A stretch of DNA of 64,000 bases from Rebecca billardiae RCC1528 (GCA_965240325.2 OZ251227.1:1488001-1552000); one strand, 5' to 3'; positions 41,212 to 52,189 are shown, counted from the first letter of the stretch. Numbers and translations are program-made. The notes: generated by a model from the letters alone, not told the origin.

Positions 41212-41476
41212 CCGTCTCGGCTCTCGGGCGTCTGTCGGCCGTCATCTGGCGGTCCTGGACGATCCAGATCACGATGGTACTCCGCGTACTCGCCTGCCGT
41301 CGCTCATTGGGGAGTGCCGCTGAAGTCTGCCAGTCATCCGTTGGCGTGATGGCGGCGGTGGTGATCGCGCTCCAGCAGCTCAAGGCCGCGCTCAAGCAAT
41401 CCGATCGCGGTGCAGGCTGTGCTCTGCCACCAACGCCGACTTCGTGTCGACGATCAGCCGATCAGGCACTGCCACC

Positions 41477-41534
41477 GACGAATCAGGAGACCCGCGTCGT
41501 CCTACCTGTAGTGTCGTTAAATCATAGAATGAGT
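41477..41534 (+). repeat. Dispersed ~58-bp motif, copy 2
   Basis: GACGAATCAGGAGACCCGCGTCGTCCTACCTGTAGTGTCGTTAAATCATAGAATGAGT, matching 18488-18546 with a few differences. Confidence 0.8.
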
Positions 41535-41862
41535 CTGTCTGCTTGCTGCCGCTGCCGCTGCTGACCAACGGAGATTCTTCCGACGGCGCTACCGGATCGG
41601 CGACGGCTTCATGGGCGGTGACAGTTGGCGGGCGTCAATCTGCTCGCCTGCTACGGGATCATATTCTTTCTCCCCGTTGGGCTTGGCGCGGCTCCCCAGT
41701 GGGTTTCGGTCGCTGGCTGCCTGGTGAGCAGCTCTCCAGCTGTTCATGAGCAGCACCGGAGTTCCTCGCCGATCCTCGCGTGACTCGTGGTCCGGTTGCA
41801 AACCAGGTGCATCTAATCTCCCGTAACGGTCGAGCACCCCTCGCTAGGCGAGGGGTGCGTCG

Positions 41863-42439
41863 GAAAGGACAGTGGAAACCCGGAGACTTTGTCCCCGCGC
41901 CCCTATCGCGGGCTCTGGCGCGCGAACGCTTTGTCACTACTGGCCCCCCGAGCCGGAGAGCGGCGCTCCGTGCACCAACAAAGACATCCCCAGCCGCATG
42001 TTGCCACTCGACACCTCGTCTCGCCTCGCGCGGAGCCAACTTGTGGTGTGCGGGAGCCACCCGTAGCACACTGGGCCGTGTAGCGACGCGCGTGGCGGGT
42101 CAACAGTGCATCGCGAAGGCGTCGCACGCGCAATCCGTTGAGTACATACTCATGTCTGTCCCATGGCACGTCGTGCGCCGCCGTGTGCGCCGATGCACTC
42201 CCGACTCGCGACGCGCCGCGTGCAGCACAGCCTGTGCTTCGGGTAGCTCCCGCACACCACAAGTTGGCTCCGCGCGAGGCGAGACGAGGTGTCGAGTGGC
42301 AACATGCGGCTGGGGATGTCTTTGTTGGTGCACGGAGCGCCGCTCTCCGGCTCGGGGGCCAGTAGTGACAAAGCGTTCGCGCGCCAGAGCCCGCGATAGG
42401 GGCGCGGCGACAAAGTCCCCGGGTTTCCACTGTCCTTTC
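41863..42439. repeat. Long inverted repeat/hairpin with ~207-bp near-identical arms
   Basis: 41863-42070 vs the reverse complement of 42233-42439, about 5 differences. Weaker symmetry continues inward and outward to ~41792/42506. Confidence 0.88.
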
Positions 42440-42544
42440 TGTTGGCGGTGTCGCAGAGCGACCCGCCGGCCGTTACAGGGCCATTAGAAGGCGGTGGTTG
42501 CAAACGGTGGGTGCAGCGGCCAGTGACGTTGCCGTGTTCAACAG

Positions 42545-43168
42545 GGCTACCACGGCAAGTACCTGCACGCCGATCCCAACGGCCACGTGCACTTTGCCGC
42601 GCCCGTGGCATGCAACAACGAGACGTTTACGCTTGCCGATGCCGGCGGTGGGACCGTCTCGATCAAGTCGGTGCACGGCATGTTTGTGTGCGCCGAAGGT
42701 GGCCACCGGGGCAACATGGGAATTGGCCGGGATGACGTTGGCGGCCACATTGTCGCCGACCGCACGAAGGCCGACGTGTGGGAGATGTGGCGCATCACCG
42801 ACGACGCGTACGCCTTCACCGATCCAGGGCTCACCGCCAAGCTCGCGCTCGAGGGCACGATCGCGAGCGTTGGGTTGCTCGGTGCTGGTCTTGCCTTCGC
42901 CATCCCAGCCGCTGGCTTTGGGCTCGGTGGCGTCGCCGTCGGCTCAGCTGCAGCAGCCGTCCAATCGACAGTTTACGGTGCCGCCACGAGTGGTCTTTTC
43001 TCTGTGCTCCAGTCGATGGGCGCGACGGTCGCATGGGCTCCGATGGCCGTGGCGGGCGCGGCAGGCGCCGGGTCGGGCACCGCTGTTATGGCCCACGCTG
43101 TCTCGTCTGGTGGCACTGGCTACGGCGGCAGGACGTTTGGGCCACCTGAGCTGCGGTCGATGGCGTGA
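42545..43168 (+). CDS. Fascin-like beta-trefoil repeats fused to an ISG12/IFI6-IFI27-like domain (5' end unresolved)
   Basis: 'GYHGKYLHADPNGHVHF..NETFTL..GTVSIKSVHGMFVCAE..VADRTKADVWEMWRI' (fascin-like), then 'AGFGLGGVAVGSAAAAVQSTVYGAATSGLFSVLQSMGA' (ISG12-type). The frame is bounded upstream by a TGA; CAACAG just before 42545 could be a splice acceptor. Confidence 0.65.
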   Translation, partial: GYHGKYLHADPNGHVHFAAPVACNNETFTLADAGGGTVSIKSVHGMFVCAEGGHRGNMGIGRDDVGGHIVADRTKADVWEMWRITDDAYAFTDPGLTAKLALEGTIASVGLLGAGLAFAIPAAGFGLGGVAVGSAAAAVQSTVYGAATSGLFSVLQSMGATVAWAPMAVAGAAGAGSGTAVMAHAVSSGGTGYGGRTFGPPELRSMA

Positions 43169-44072
43169 TCCGCATCGACGCGCGGCTAGGCGAGCACCAA
43201 TGCTGGGGGAGAGTGGACCAGGAGCGGGACCTAAAGGGAGCTCCGCCGCGAGAGGATCGTGGGGGTGCGGCTCCCGAGCCGTTGGGGACCTCTTCGAAGC
43301 CTACAGAGTACAGTCTTACATAGGGGCACCCTATGCCAGGGTGCCCCTTCTTCCAACTCGGCTCACATTCGATCATTTCGATGACCTTGAATTGCAACGA
43401 AGTGCACTGCTTGTGCCCTGGGACCACCCCGCAGGCTAGTACCAGCAGGCCGCAGTGTTGGACTTGAGTAGCCGCTATGTGCTGAGTTGGCCTTACCGCC
43501 TCAGCCTCAGGAGGCGGGCTGTCCAAAGGAATCAATAAGGGTTTGGGCTGTCCACAGTGGATGGAGTGGTGTCAGGGCACTAATCCACTAGTAGTATGCC
43601 GTTGTGTCTCGGTCTGTGGCTTGAGGTCGGGTCGGGCCCGGGCGGTGGGGATCAGGTGGTTGCGGTTCAGTGGGGGTCTGGCCAGGGTAGCGGGCTGGAG
43701 GCTTCAAAGGCCGCCGGTCCGTGTCAGATGCATTGATCACCGGACAGCCCGTTATTAAAGGAGAATATATAGTCATATTATTAGTAATCGTAGTACGTCT
43801 GGTAGTCTTCTAAGTATCGTCCGTGTCGACCCCGCCGTCATCTGACATCTGCCATCTTATTATTCGGGCCGCTGAAATATATGTATATATATGTATGGTA
43901 AATGGTAAATACATGGCGGTAGTAGTCGAGTAGTAGCTATGCGGGCCCGAATTATCACGTCGTCCGACTGCTAATGGCGCTAGCTAGTAGCTGCTATAAT
44001 TATAAAATCAATAATATCGCGCGCGAATAGCTTGCGGTAGCTACGAGTAGTACTGAGTGAGCCAACGGTGTA

Positions 44073-44582
44073 CAGGCAATCGCGGGCAATAAGGAGCTGT
44101 CACGTTAAGAAACTGGGGCTTGCTATCTGTGGATCTGGCCTAGAAACTGAGACTAGCGATTGGCTGGTTCGCTATACGCATAGTCACACTAAGAAACCGG
44201 GACTACGTCGTCCCGGCTGACGAGTGGTCCGCCGAGGGCGAGGCGCAGTCGGCCCGCGTCGGGGACGCGGCGCGCGGCCCGACTACGAGTACAGGCCAAG
44301 TCCCGACTTCTCCTGATGACTGACTCCTGGCCAGTGCACCGCAGCATCCATGCAACATCATGCCAGATTTGCTCCAAAAAGGCCCAAAATTTTCTTCGGC
44401 CTCGCCGGCCGGGCCTAAAGACTCAGCGGGGGGCTCTGCCCCCCTGCGCCCCCCGCGCCTGCGCGGCGGGCGGACCTAGCTAAGAAACTGAGACTCCGTA
44501 GGCGCTCGGGCTACCGAACGGCTAAGAAATCGAGGCTAGCCGTGAGATCTCTGACTTCGTTCTTATTGCCCGCGATTGCCTG
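44073..44582. mobile_element. 510-bp MITE, Tc1/mariner-pogo type (TA TSD, 21-bp TIR)
   Basis: TA|CAGGCAATCGCGGGCAATAAG ... CTTATTGCCCGCGATTGCCTG|TA, with five internal TAAGAAACTGAGACT-like repeats. Confidence 0.85.
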
Positions 44583-44762
44583 TAGCAGCCTATAGGTACT
44601 CGGACGACGTGACAGCCTGATGAGTGATGACAGGCTGAGTCACAGTAGTGTAAATACGACTTTATATATTGTCATGGATCATGATGATGATGATGATCAT
44701 AGTCTGCTCCTACACTCTACCGAGCAGTACTGACAGGCTCGTCGCAGCGCGCGACGCCGCCG

Positions 44763-45899
44763 TTATACCGCTGACGATGAAGCAGCAGTAGCAGTGTACG
44801 TGGTTGACGAGCGCGGCCCCCCTCCGGGCGCATGGCTTGCGTCTATCCGGTAGAGGTTATCCGTCACATAGCGCTGGCCGCCGTCACAGAGGATCGTCAC
44901 CACGACGTGTCCAGGGCCGAGCGCCTCGGCCGTGCGCACGGCCGCGACACAGTTGAGCGCCGACGAGGAGCCGACGAAGAGCCCCTCCTCGCGCAGCAGC
45001 CTGTGCGCCATCGCCACCGCGTCGTCGTCGCTCACGCGCACGGCGTCGTCGATCAGCGCGCACGCGAAGTTGGCCGTGAGCCGGTCGGCGCCCACGCCCT
45101 CCACGAGCGTGTCGTACCGGTGCCGCCGCACGGTGCGCTCCGCCTGCTCGCTGGCGTACGCGACTCCGTGCCGTACGCGGTTGTACAGGCTCGAGCCGTG
45201 AGGATCGGCGAGCACGACGCGGGTGCGCGGGTTGTGCTGCTTCAGAAACCGCGAGACGCCCGCGAGGGTGCCGCCCGTGCCCGCCGACATGACGAACGCG
45301 TCAACGCGCCCCTTGGCCTGCGCCCAGATCTCTGGGGCCGTCGACTCGTAGTGTGCGCGCATGTTGGCGGCGCACTCGAACTGGTCGATGAAGACGGCGC
45401 CGGACAGGGCACGCGCGCGCTCGCGCGCGACATTGACGTAGTGCTCCTCGTTCACAATCGAGGCGGGCTTGACCACGTGCACGCGCGCGCCGAGCGCCTC
45501 GAGCAGCCGCCGCTTGTCCGGGCTCATGTCATCGGGCACGACGAGCTCGCATGCATATCCCCGCGCGCGCGCGACGAGCGCGAGCGAGATGCCCGTCGAG
45601 CCAGACGTGCCCTCGACGATGGTACCACCCGGGCGGAGCGCGCCGGTGCGCTCGGCGTCGAGCACGGCTCGCCATGCCACGCGGTCCTTGATGCTCCCGC
45701 CCGCGTTGAGGAACTCGAGCTTGGCCAGGATGCGGCAGCCAGTCTGGCGCGAGAGCGACGGGAGCTCGAGCAGCGGCGTGTTGCCCACCAGCCCGGCGTG
45801 TGCCCGGGTGTCAGAGCCACGCCGGCGCACGAGCCGCTGCAGGCAGACCCCCGCCACCACACATGCCACCATCAGGGCGACGTGATCCGACGCCGCCAT
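44763..45899 (-). CDS. PLP-dependent cysteine-synthase-like protein (fungal Cys12/Mcy1 type, N-terminal TM)
   Basis: 'VGNTPL', 'AKLEFLNAGGSIKDR' (PLP lysine), 'EGTSGSTG', 'GTGGT', 'DTLVEGVG', 'EEGLFVGSSS', 'LCDGGQRY'. Confidence 0.92.
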   Translation of the reverse strand: MAASDHVALMVACVVAGVCLQRLVRRRGSDTRAHAGLVGNTPLLELPSLSRQTGCRILAKLEFLNAGGSIKDRVAWRAVLDAERTGALRPGGTIVEGTSGSTGISLALVARARGYACELVVPDDMSPDKRRLLEALGARVHVVKPASIVNEEHYVNVARERARALSGAVFIDQFECAANMRAHYESTAPEIWAQAKGRVDAFVMSAGTGGTLAGVSRFLKQHNPRTRVVLADPHGSSLYNRVRHGVAYASEQAERTVRRHRYDTLVEGVGADRLTANFACALIDDAVRVSDDDAVAMAHRLLREEGLFVGSSSALNCVAAVRTAEALGPGHVVVTILCDGGQRYVTDNLYRIDASHAPGGGPRSSTTYTATAASSSAV

Positions 45900-46767
45900 G
45901 CTGCCACCCTACACTACTTCTCACAGTCACCTGCCTGCGCCGGTCTGTTTTGTGGCGGTGTCTTTGTGCAGTGTTGGATGGCGTCAATCACGCCTTAACC
46001 AAGTGTGCACGTTAAAACATAGTAAACTGTATGGCGGGCCGTAGGTCCGCCCCTTGTAGTGCCCGGGAAAAAGATAAGAAAAAGAAAATGAAAAAAGAAA
46101 ATCGCCTCGCAAAGAAAAGAAAATCGCCTCGCTCACTGCCGGGTCGCTTCGCTCACTACCGGGCGCCCTCGCAGCTCCCACTGGGGACGCTCGGCCGAAA
46201 ACCATCTTGGCCATGGCGCGGAGCGCATGGGCCGCGCGCGCCAAATCCAACGCCGGCGCGGACATCGCGCGGGGATTCCCGAACGGTGTTTTCGCCCGAT
46301 TCGCGATTGCTGCCCTCGTCGTCTCGCGTGCAGGTCGAACGGGGGCTAAATCGACGCGTTTGGAGCGGTACGCTCGGCGCGTCGACACGATCGTGCGACC
46401 TGGGGCGATCCTCGCCCGACGTGCACGTCGAAAGCTCGCACCGGCCATAGCATCATGCGCTGCGCACGATGGCCGCCTCGCGCGATCCACCGTCGCGCGT
46501 CGGGCTCGGTGCGGAAACGCATTCATCACGAGGCGTCTCGCGGGCGGGAAGCGCCATCGCACGCGACGCAAGCTTTGGCGCGGCCTTCTGAACACCATAA
46601 CCGGAATCCACACACCGGACTGTCGCGTGCCCCGGTTGGCAAGGTCGGGCGCATGCAAATCCGTTTGCTACGATCGGTGGTTTTCCAGAGCGCGAGCGAT
46701 CATCTTTCACGCTCGCGAGCTCGCGACCAAAGATCGCTCGGCGCCTGAGGGCCCACGTCCAGCCTGC

Positions 46768-47328
46768 ATGGCGTCGACGGTGGCCAGTGCGACGGAGGCG
46801 CAGCGCGAAGCGGCGTACGAGGCGCACCGCACGCACCTGCCGGTTCTGCCGCCGTGGCCGGAATCGCGTCTTCGCGAATCGGCGATTGAGGCGACAGCGC
46901 GCTATAACCGATCCCAGGTGCGCATTCGCGACGAGCTGAAACGTCGCGCGTGCAAGATCGCCGCACCATCCTTGTCCATGGCACGGACGCTGCGGGACGA
47001 GGCCAACGTCGTGAAGCCAGTGGCGCATGCGCTGCGCTTCCTGTGCCTGCTCGAACAGCGCGTGCCCACCCTCGATCGCGAGTGGCACACGCTCTCGCAC
47101 TGCGCGCGCGCGCACCACCGAGAGCTCCTGATACCGCCGAACGTGCGAGTGCCGGACCTGTCGCGCGGAGCGGCGAGCGCCGACGAGCGCTTGGACCTGG
47201 ACGCGCTGTTGCGCAGCGTGGCGGCCGTGCACGACGCCGACGCGACCTTCGCCGAGCCCATCGTGCCCGGAGCGGACATTGGCATCCTCGCGACACACGA
47301 TCTGTCATCCTGCCCGTCAATCCGCTAA
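46768..47328 (+). CDS. Hypothetical protein
   Basis: ATG-initiated 186-aa frame with gene-like composition; no motif recognised. Confidence 0.3.
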   Translation: MASTVASATEAQREAAYEAHRTHLPVLPPWPESRLRESAIEATARYNRSQVRIRDELKRRACKIAAPSLSMARTLRDEANVVKPVAHALRFLCLLEQRVPTLDREWHTLSHCARAHHRELLIPPNVRVPDLSRGAASADERLDLDALLRSVAAVHDADATFAEPIVPGADIGILATHDLSSCPSIR

Positions 47329-47484
47329 AAGACGCGAACCCGCTGGGGAAATATTGCGACAGCACTGGCACGGCCCGCCGACCCCCCCGCCCGCCAGGGC
47401 AGAGTTTGTATTCCGCATCAGGCTACAAAAGCTCTGCTGGTGAGTGGTGAACCGGCCGGGGCGCGCCTCCTTGAGAGCGCAAGC

Positions 47485-49116
47485 ATGTCATCGTTCGGCG
47501 ATGTGCCGCCGTGGGCGCGGGGCGGTGCGCTCACAGCGCCGCAGATGCAAGCTCTCCCCGCTGTGTCGAGCGGCATCCCACACGCGGACGCGCAGGGGCC
47601 TGCGCCCCTGTACCGCCCACCCGTCTACCGCCGGTCGCGCCCGTGCCAGGCGTGCCCGGCGCCAGTCCAGCCCAATGTCGCGCCCTTCACGCGGCTGCTC
47701 GTGCTGCTCGCGTACTACCGACAGCCAACGCCCCCGGCGAACCAGACGGTGAACGACGCCTGGCTGCTGTGCGACCAAAACGTGCGCTTCTTCTACCAGC
47801 ACGCCCTCAGCCCCGTCTCGACCGACGTGATCGTCACGGCGATCGGTGACTCGCTGCTGCCACCGATGCCGCCGCCGGGCGGCGGCGTCGAGATCTTGCG
47901 GATGGGCTGCAACCCGGGCACCGACCTCAATGCGCACGCGGCCGTGCTTCGACACGTCCGGGATCGGCCGGGCGGCCTGTACGGCTACTCGCACTTCGCC
48001 TTCCTCAACTGCGGCGTGCGCGGGCCGCACGTGCGCGCGAACGCGCTGCGGACGTGTCCCGACTCGTTCAGCGGCTGGCGCTCGGAGGTGCGAGACGGCC
48101 CGCTGTGGCTGGCGCCCTTCGCGCATAGGCTGAGCGGGAAGGACGACGTCGCGCTCGTCGGCCCGTCGATCTCCATGCAGATCGCGCCGCACGTCCAGTC
48201 GCACATGCTGGTCACGTCGATCCGGCACATCGGGCGGGCGATCCGCGCGTGGAGGAACGTGGCGGGCCTGGCGCACTGCCGCCTCACGACGGTGCAGCGG
48301 CCGACGCGCGGCGGCAAGCGTGCGCGCGACGCCGGGGCCGAGCCCAGTGGCGTGCCGAGCGAGCTCCCGCCCGGCGTGCTCGATCGGGTGTGCTCCCGCA
48401 GGCACGCGACGCGCGACATCAATGGCCTGCCGATGACGTCGCGGCGCATCACCGCGCCGCCGTGCGTGCGGCTGCTCGTCCCGCCGCCGTTCCGCGCGCG
48501 CGCGGCGGTGCCGGGGGCGGTGCCGCCCGCGGGGCCAGCGGGTGGCAGGCCTGCGGCACGAGGCGCGTTCATGAAGCGCAAGGAGCACGCGCGCCGCCCG
48601 GGGCGGAGCCTGCTCGCGCACGCCCAGATCAACGGCACCGAGGTGCACATCTCCCAGCTCACCCTCCAGGAGGGCGCGCACATCGCCGCGCTCGCGCGGC
48701 AGCAGCAGTCCTGGGACGTGCGCGGCTGCACGGGCGACCAGCATGTGGAGCTCAGCCAGCAGTGGAAGGGCAACCCGATGTCGCGGCTTGGCATCGCGAC
48801 GGACCCGCTCGAGGTCGTCTTCATCAAGTTTGGCGGCAACATGCTGCGGAACCGCAACGCGCACCCGCGCGCGTGCGCGTGCCTGCGCCAGGCACACGAG
48901 CTCGCCGGCATCGGGCAGCTCGTGCGCTCGACGCTGCCCGGGGAGCCCGTGCAGGAGTGGCAGCGGCGCACGGACGCGACGCTCGGCCGGGCGCGCAAGC
49001 CGCCCAAGGGCAGCGCGGCGGCTGAGGCGCGGCACCCGCGGTTCCCAGGCAGCACGGGCCCGTCGTCAGCGAGTCGGTCGCAGCTCGCAGGCGCGCCGTT
49101 GGGAGGCAGACAGTGA
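47485..49116 (+). CDS. Putative glycosyltransferase-like (RgpF-related) protein, probably with intron(s) at ~48.26-48.63 kb
   Basis: 'YSHFAFLNCGVRGP', 'WLAPF..L..VALVGPSI..PHVQS', 'EVHISQ..L..G..IAAL', 'PLEVVFIK'. Confidence 0.55.
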   Translation: MSSFGDVPPWARGGALTAPQMQALPAVSSGIPHADAQGPAPLYRPPVYRRSRPCQACPAPVQPNVAPFTRLLVLLAYYRQPTPPANQTVNDAWLLCDQNVRFFYQHALSPVSTDVIVTAIGDSLLPPMPPPGGGVEILRMGCNPGTDLNAHAAVLRHVRDRPGGLYGYSHFAFLNCGVRGPHVRANALRTCPDSFSGWRSEVRDGPLWLAPFAHRLSGKDDVALVGPSISMQIAPHVQSHMLVTSIRHIGRAIRAWRNVAGLAHCRLTTVQRPTRGGKRARDAGAEPSGVPSELPPGVLDRVCSRRHATRDINGLPMTSRRITAPPCVRLLVPPPFRARAAVPGAVPPAGPAGGRPAARGAFMKRKEHARRPGRSLLAHAQINGTEVHISQLTLQEGAHIAALARQQQSWDVRGCTGDQHVELSQQWKGNPMSRLGIATDPLEVVFIKFGGNMLRNRNAHPRACACLRQAHELAGIGQLVRSTLPGEPVQEWQRRTDATLGRARKPPKGSAAAEARHPRFPGSTGPSSASRSQLAGAPLGGRQ

Positions 49117-49383
49117 CCTGCACGGCGCCGACGACGCGATGTCTGCCGCCATTGCCATCATTCATTGATCTACACTATTCTGTGACAGTGGACTAAGTAT
49201 AAGCTAGACGCACACTGTCATTATTATAAAGCTCAGGCACTGGCAGGCGTGATTGAGTCAGATTGATGTCCGAGCTTCTCAGACCGAGTCCGGGAGCCCG
49301 CCACTCCTCTCAAATCCGGCACTGACCCGCGAAACGGCGGATGAGTCGCTGACGCACGAGGAAAAAAAGCGTGCGGCCGCCTC

Positions 49384-51006
49384 ATGGCGAGCGACACGGA
49401 CGCAGATGAGATCGGGGCCCAGTTCCGCTCGCTGTCGCTCGGCAGCACGCAGCGGCTGACGCCCGGCTCGACGATTGCCGATCCGTGTGACTGCACCCAG
49501 CTGCTCACACCCGAGTCGGTGGCGGAGGCATTCACGCAGGTGCTCACGTGCGCCTCCGGAGGGGCAACGCCACGCACAAACGATCTCGTCGGACTGACGC
49601 CGCCAGTCTCGCTGCGCACGCCGCTCAGGCTGATCTCGAGCAGTGCGCAGACGCACGGCGCTAGGGCCGAGCCAAATCTGCGCGCAGCAAACCTGTTCGC
49701 AGAGTGCACGCCTGCTCTCACCCCTGACACGTGCGAGCCACTGCATGCGCGCGCGCGTGTGGTGGCCGGTACCATGCCAGGCACAGTGGACACGGCCGTG
49801 CCCCTCGAGGCGCCGAGTGCAAGCTCAACACGTACACTCACACCCCGGGAATGCCCCGAGCAGGGCAGCGCGGGCGGGCGCAGGCCGCGCATCCGCGCGG
49901 TTGACGCGCTCACGCCACTCGATGCCGCCCGAGCCGCGCACACGAGCCCACGCGAGGGCACGTGGACGTCTCCAAGCATCGAGCAGAGCCATGCTGGCGT
50001 GGAGTGCCGCTTGAGCGATGGGACCGAGAGCTACTCTGAAAGCCACCCCGACGCGGGCCGGGCGGGGCGCCTCGGCAGCGCGAGCCTCGGCGGGGGCGAG
50101 ATTGAGGACGAGATCGAGGAGTGGGAGGACGAGGCGGAGGACTGCGCGCTGGAGGACGGGGCGGCGAGCCGAAGGCCGACGGCAGAGGCCATGCGCGCGC
50201 TCGGAGCGTCGCTATCCCCGCCGGCGCGCGACTGCCTGCGCTGGATGGCGCGGCACGAGCGCACGGCCCACGGCCGGCCGGGCGCGGGCGGTGTGTTGTG
50301 TGAACACGACACGCTGGCGTCAGCGCTGCTGGTGCGCTGTGCGCTGCACCTCGCAGCCGCAGCGGCCGAGCCGGGCGTGGCGCTCGAGGCGCGCACGCTC
50401 ATTGTCGTGCCCCCCGCGCGTGTCGCATTCTGGGAGGCGGAGCTGCGCCGCGTGGCACCGGCCGGGCGCGTGGTGCTGCACCACGGCCGGCAGCGCTGCC
50501 ACTCGGTCGGCCCGTTGCTGCACGCGCAGTGCGTGCTGTCCACGTACACGCTGCTCGCCGCGGCCGACTTTGGCGGGGGGCTCGACCCTGATGATGACGA
50601 TGCTGAAGAGGAAGCAGCTCTATTCGCACTTGGCGTGCCTGTGTGGCGCCGCAAGGCAAGTGCCGCGAGCGCCGCGTGTGCACGCGCCGAGCGCAAGGGT
50701 GCGACCAGATCGATGCTTCACATGGGCAGATGGGGGCGCGTGATTTTTGACGAGGCGCACCAGCAGCTCAAGGGCGGGAGCTCGCGGCGCAGCGCGGCCG
50801 CACGCGCTCTTCGCGCTGCGCACAGGTGGGCCATCGTCGGCGCCGAGTCACGGACGCATGCGGAGATTGAGGCGCTGCATGCCATCCTGCGCAATGGCGG
50901 CGTCCGGCTGGACGGCGCCGAGTGCGCGCGAGCCCGGGCGAGTGCTCCGCGCGAACTGATCAACCCGCCAGCAGACGAGCCAGGCTACGACTCGTTATCT
51001 GACTGA
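49384..51006 (+). CDS. Degenerate SNF2 N-terminal (Rad5/Rad16-like) domain protein without Walker A or helicase-C
   Basis: 'LRWM..E....GGVLCEHD', 'TLIVVP', 'VLSTY', 'LH..RWGRVIFDEAH', 'ALRAAHRWAIVG'. Confidence 0.65.
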   Translation: MASDTDADEIGAQFRSLSLGSTQRLTPGSTIADPCDCTQLLTPESVAEAFTQVLTCASGGATPRTNDLVGLTPPVSLRTPLRLISSSAQTHGARAEPNLRAANLFAECTPALTPDTCEPLHARARVVAGTMPGTVDTAVPLEAPSASSTRTLTPRECPEQGSAGGRRPRIRAVDALTPLDAARAAHTSPREGTWTSPSIEQSHAGVECRLSDGTESYSESHPDAGRAGRLGSASLGGGEIEDEIEEWEDEAEDCALEDGAASRRPTAEAMRALGASLSPPARDCLRWMARHERTAHGRPGAGGVLCEHDTLASALLVRCALHLAAAAAEPGVALEARTLIVVPPARVAFWEAELRRVAPAGRVVLHHGRQRCHSVGPLLHAQCVLSTYTLLAAADFGGGLDPDDDDAEEEAALFALGVPVWRRKASAASAACARAERKGATRSMLHMGRWGRVIFDEAHQQLKGGSSRRSAAARALRAAHRWAIVGAESRTHAEIEALHAILRNGGVRLDGAECARARASAPRELINPPADEPGYDSLSD

Positions 51007-52189
51007 GCCACGGCGGATCGGAGGCGGGACGATTTCACCGCCGCCGCCGACCAATACTGCTGCATGCTCATCGACTACCGAGACGGGCGGGAGGCCGGGC
51101 CGCGCGGCTGTGTGCGAATCAAGCCTCGACGGGCGTCGGCCAACCCGTCGGCCACAGGATGCCCACTTTTGCCCGTTCATCGGCCAGTGGCCGACTACGA
51201 CGAATAAATGAATAAATGAATACATATATATATATATATATTCATTCACCCCTTTTTCTTTTTCGGCAAAAGATGATTATTCACCACTCGGGCAGAACGT
51301 ATGGTACCCCAACGAGGTCGGCTTGACTCTGTCTGGGCATGATCTCGTCGCAGAAGCTGCTTGCAGCCGACTACTGTGCTGCGGCAGCCACCGCTCCGGT
51401 CCGCTCGCCGCGAGGCTGCCGCAGTCGCCGCGTCGGCAGACGTGGTCTGCGTGAGACGATGCCGCAGCGCTGCTGGCAGTGCAAGCGCGAGCCGTGGCAG
51501 AAGTAGGGGTCGTGGGCGCGGGCGTGGGCGCGGTCGCGGGCGCGGGTGCGGCCGCTGACTCGCCCTCGGAGTCTCGCCGGGCTCGCCGCCTGCTGCACCT
51601 CGCGTCCTTCACTCGCCGGGCCGGCGCGCAGAATCGGCAAATACATCGCAATAGACATAACTGATAACTAGTCGCCTGTAACTGATATAGTATATCAGAT
51701 TAACACACACAGGCACACACACACACCTGCCAAGCTCGGTCGAGACCGCCACTGGGGCTCAACAAGTCCACCAATTGGGTCGGCCGAGCCCCGGGGCCGC
51801 CCTCTCGAACTACGACCGTGCAGAGTCGGACAGTGCTGCAGCCCGCGCGGCGTGCTCACGCGGCCATCACGCGCCGGCGCCGTGGCCGTGCCGCCGTCCG
51901 GCGCGGCCTACGAGTACGGCGGTCCGGCCGCCGGACGGCCATCGGCCAAGACCCATCGGCCAGAGATGGATGGTCGACCGCTAACCATCGGCCATGGCCG
52001 CCTAGCGGCCAATATCATCGGTCATGGCCGGCCATATAGGCCTTGATTCGCACATAGCCGCGCGGTACTGTATTCCCGGATCGGACGATCACGACTACCC
52101 GGGAAGGGCGGGAAGCGGGCCGTACAGTCCCGCTGCGGCGCGGTTACGCCTTACTACGGTACGCGGCCTCCGCGCGAGTCTCTCGGGCT

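Noticed and set aside
43200-43760. Lower-GC segment that may be a retroelement remnant
   Set aside because: No coding motif or second copy in the window.
44100-44540. Short spaced repeats as a possible CRISPR array
   Set aside because: Irregular spacing, degenerate ~15-bp units, inside a MITE, eukaryotic context and no cas genes.
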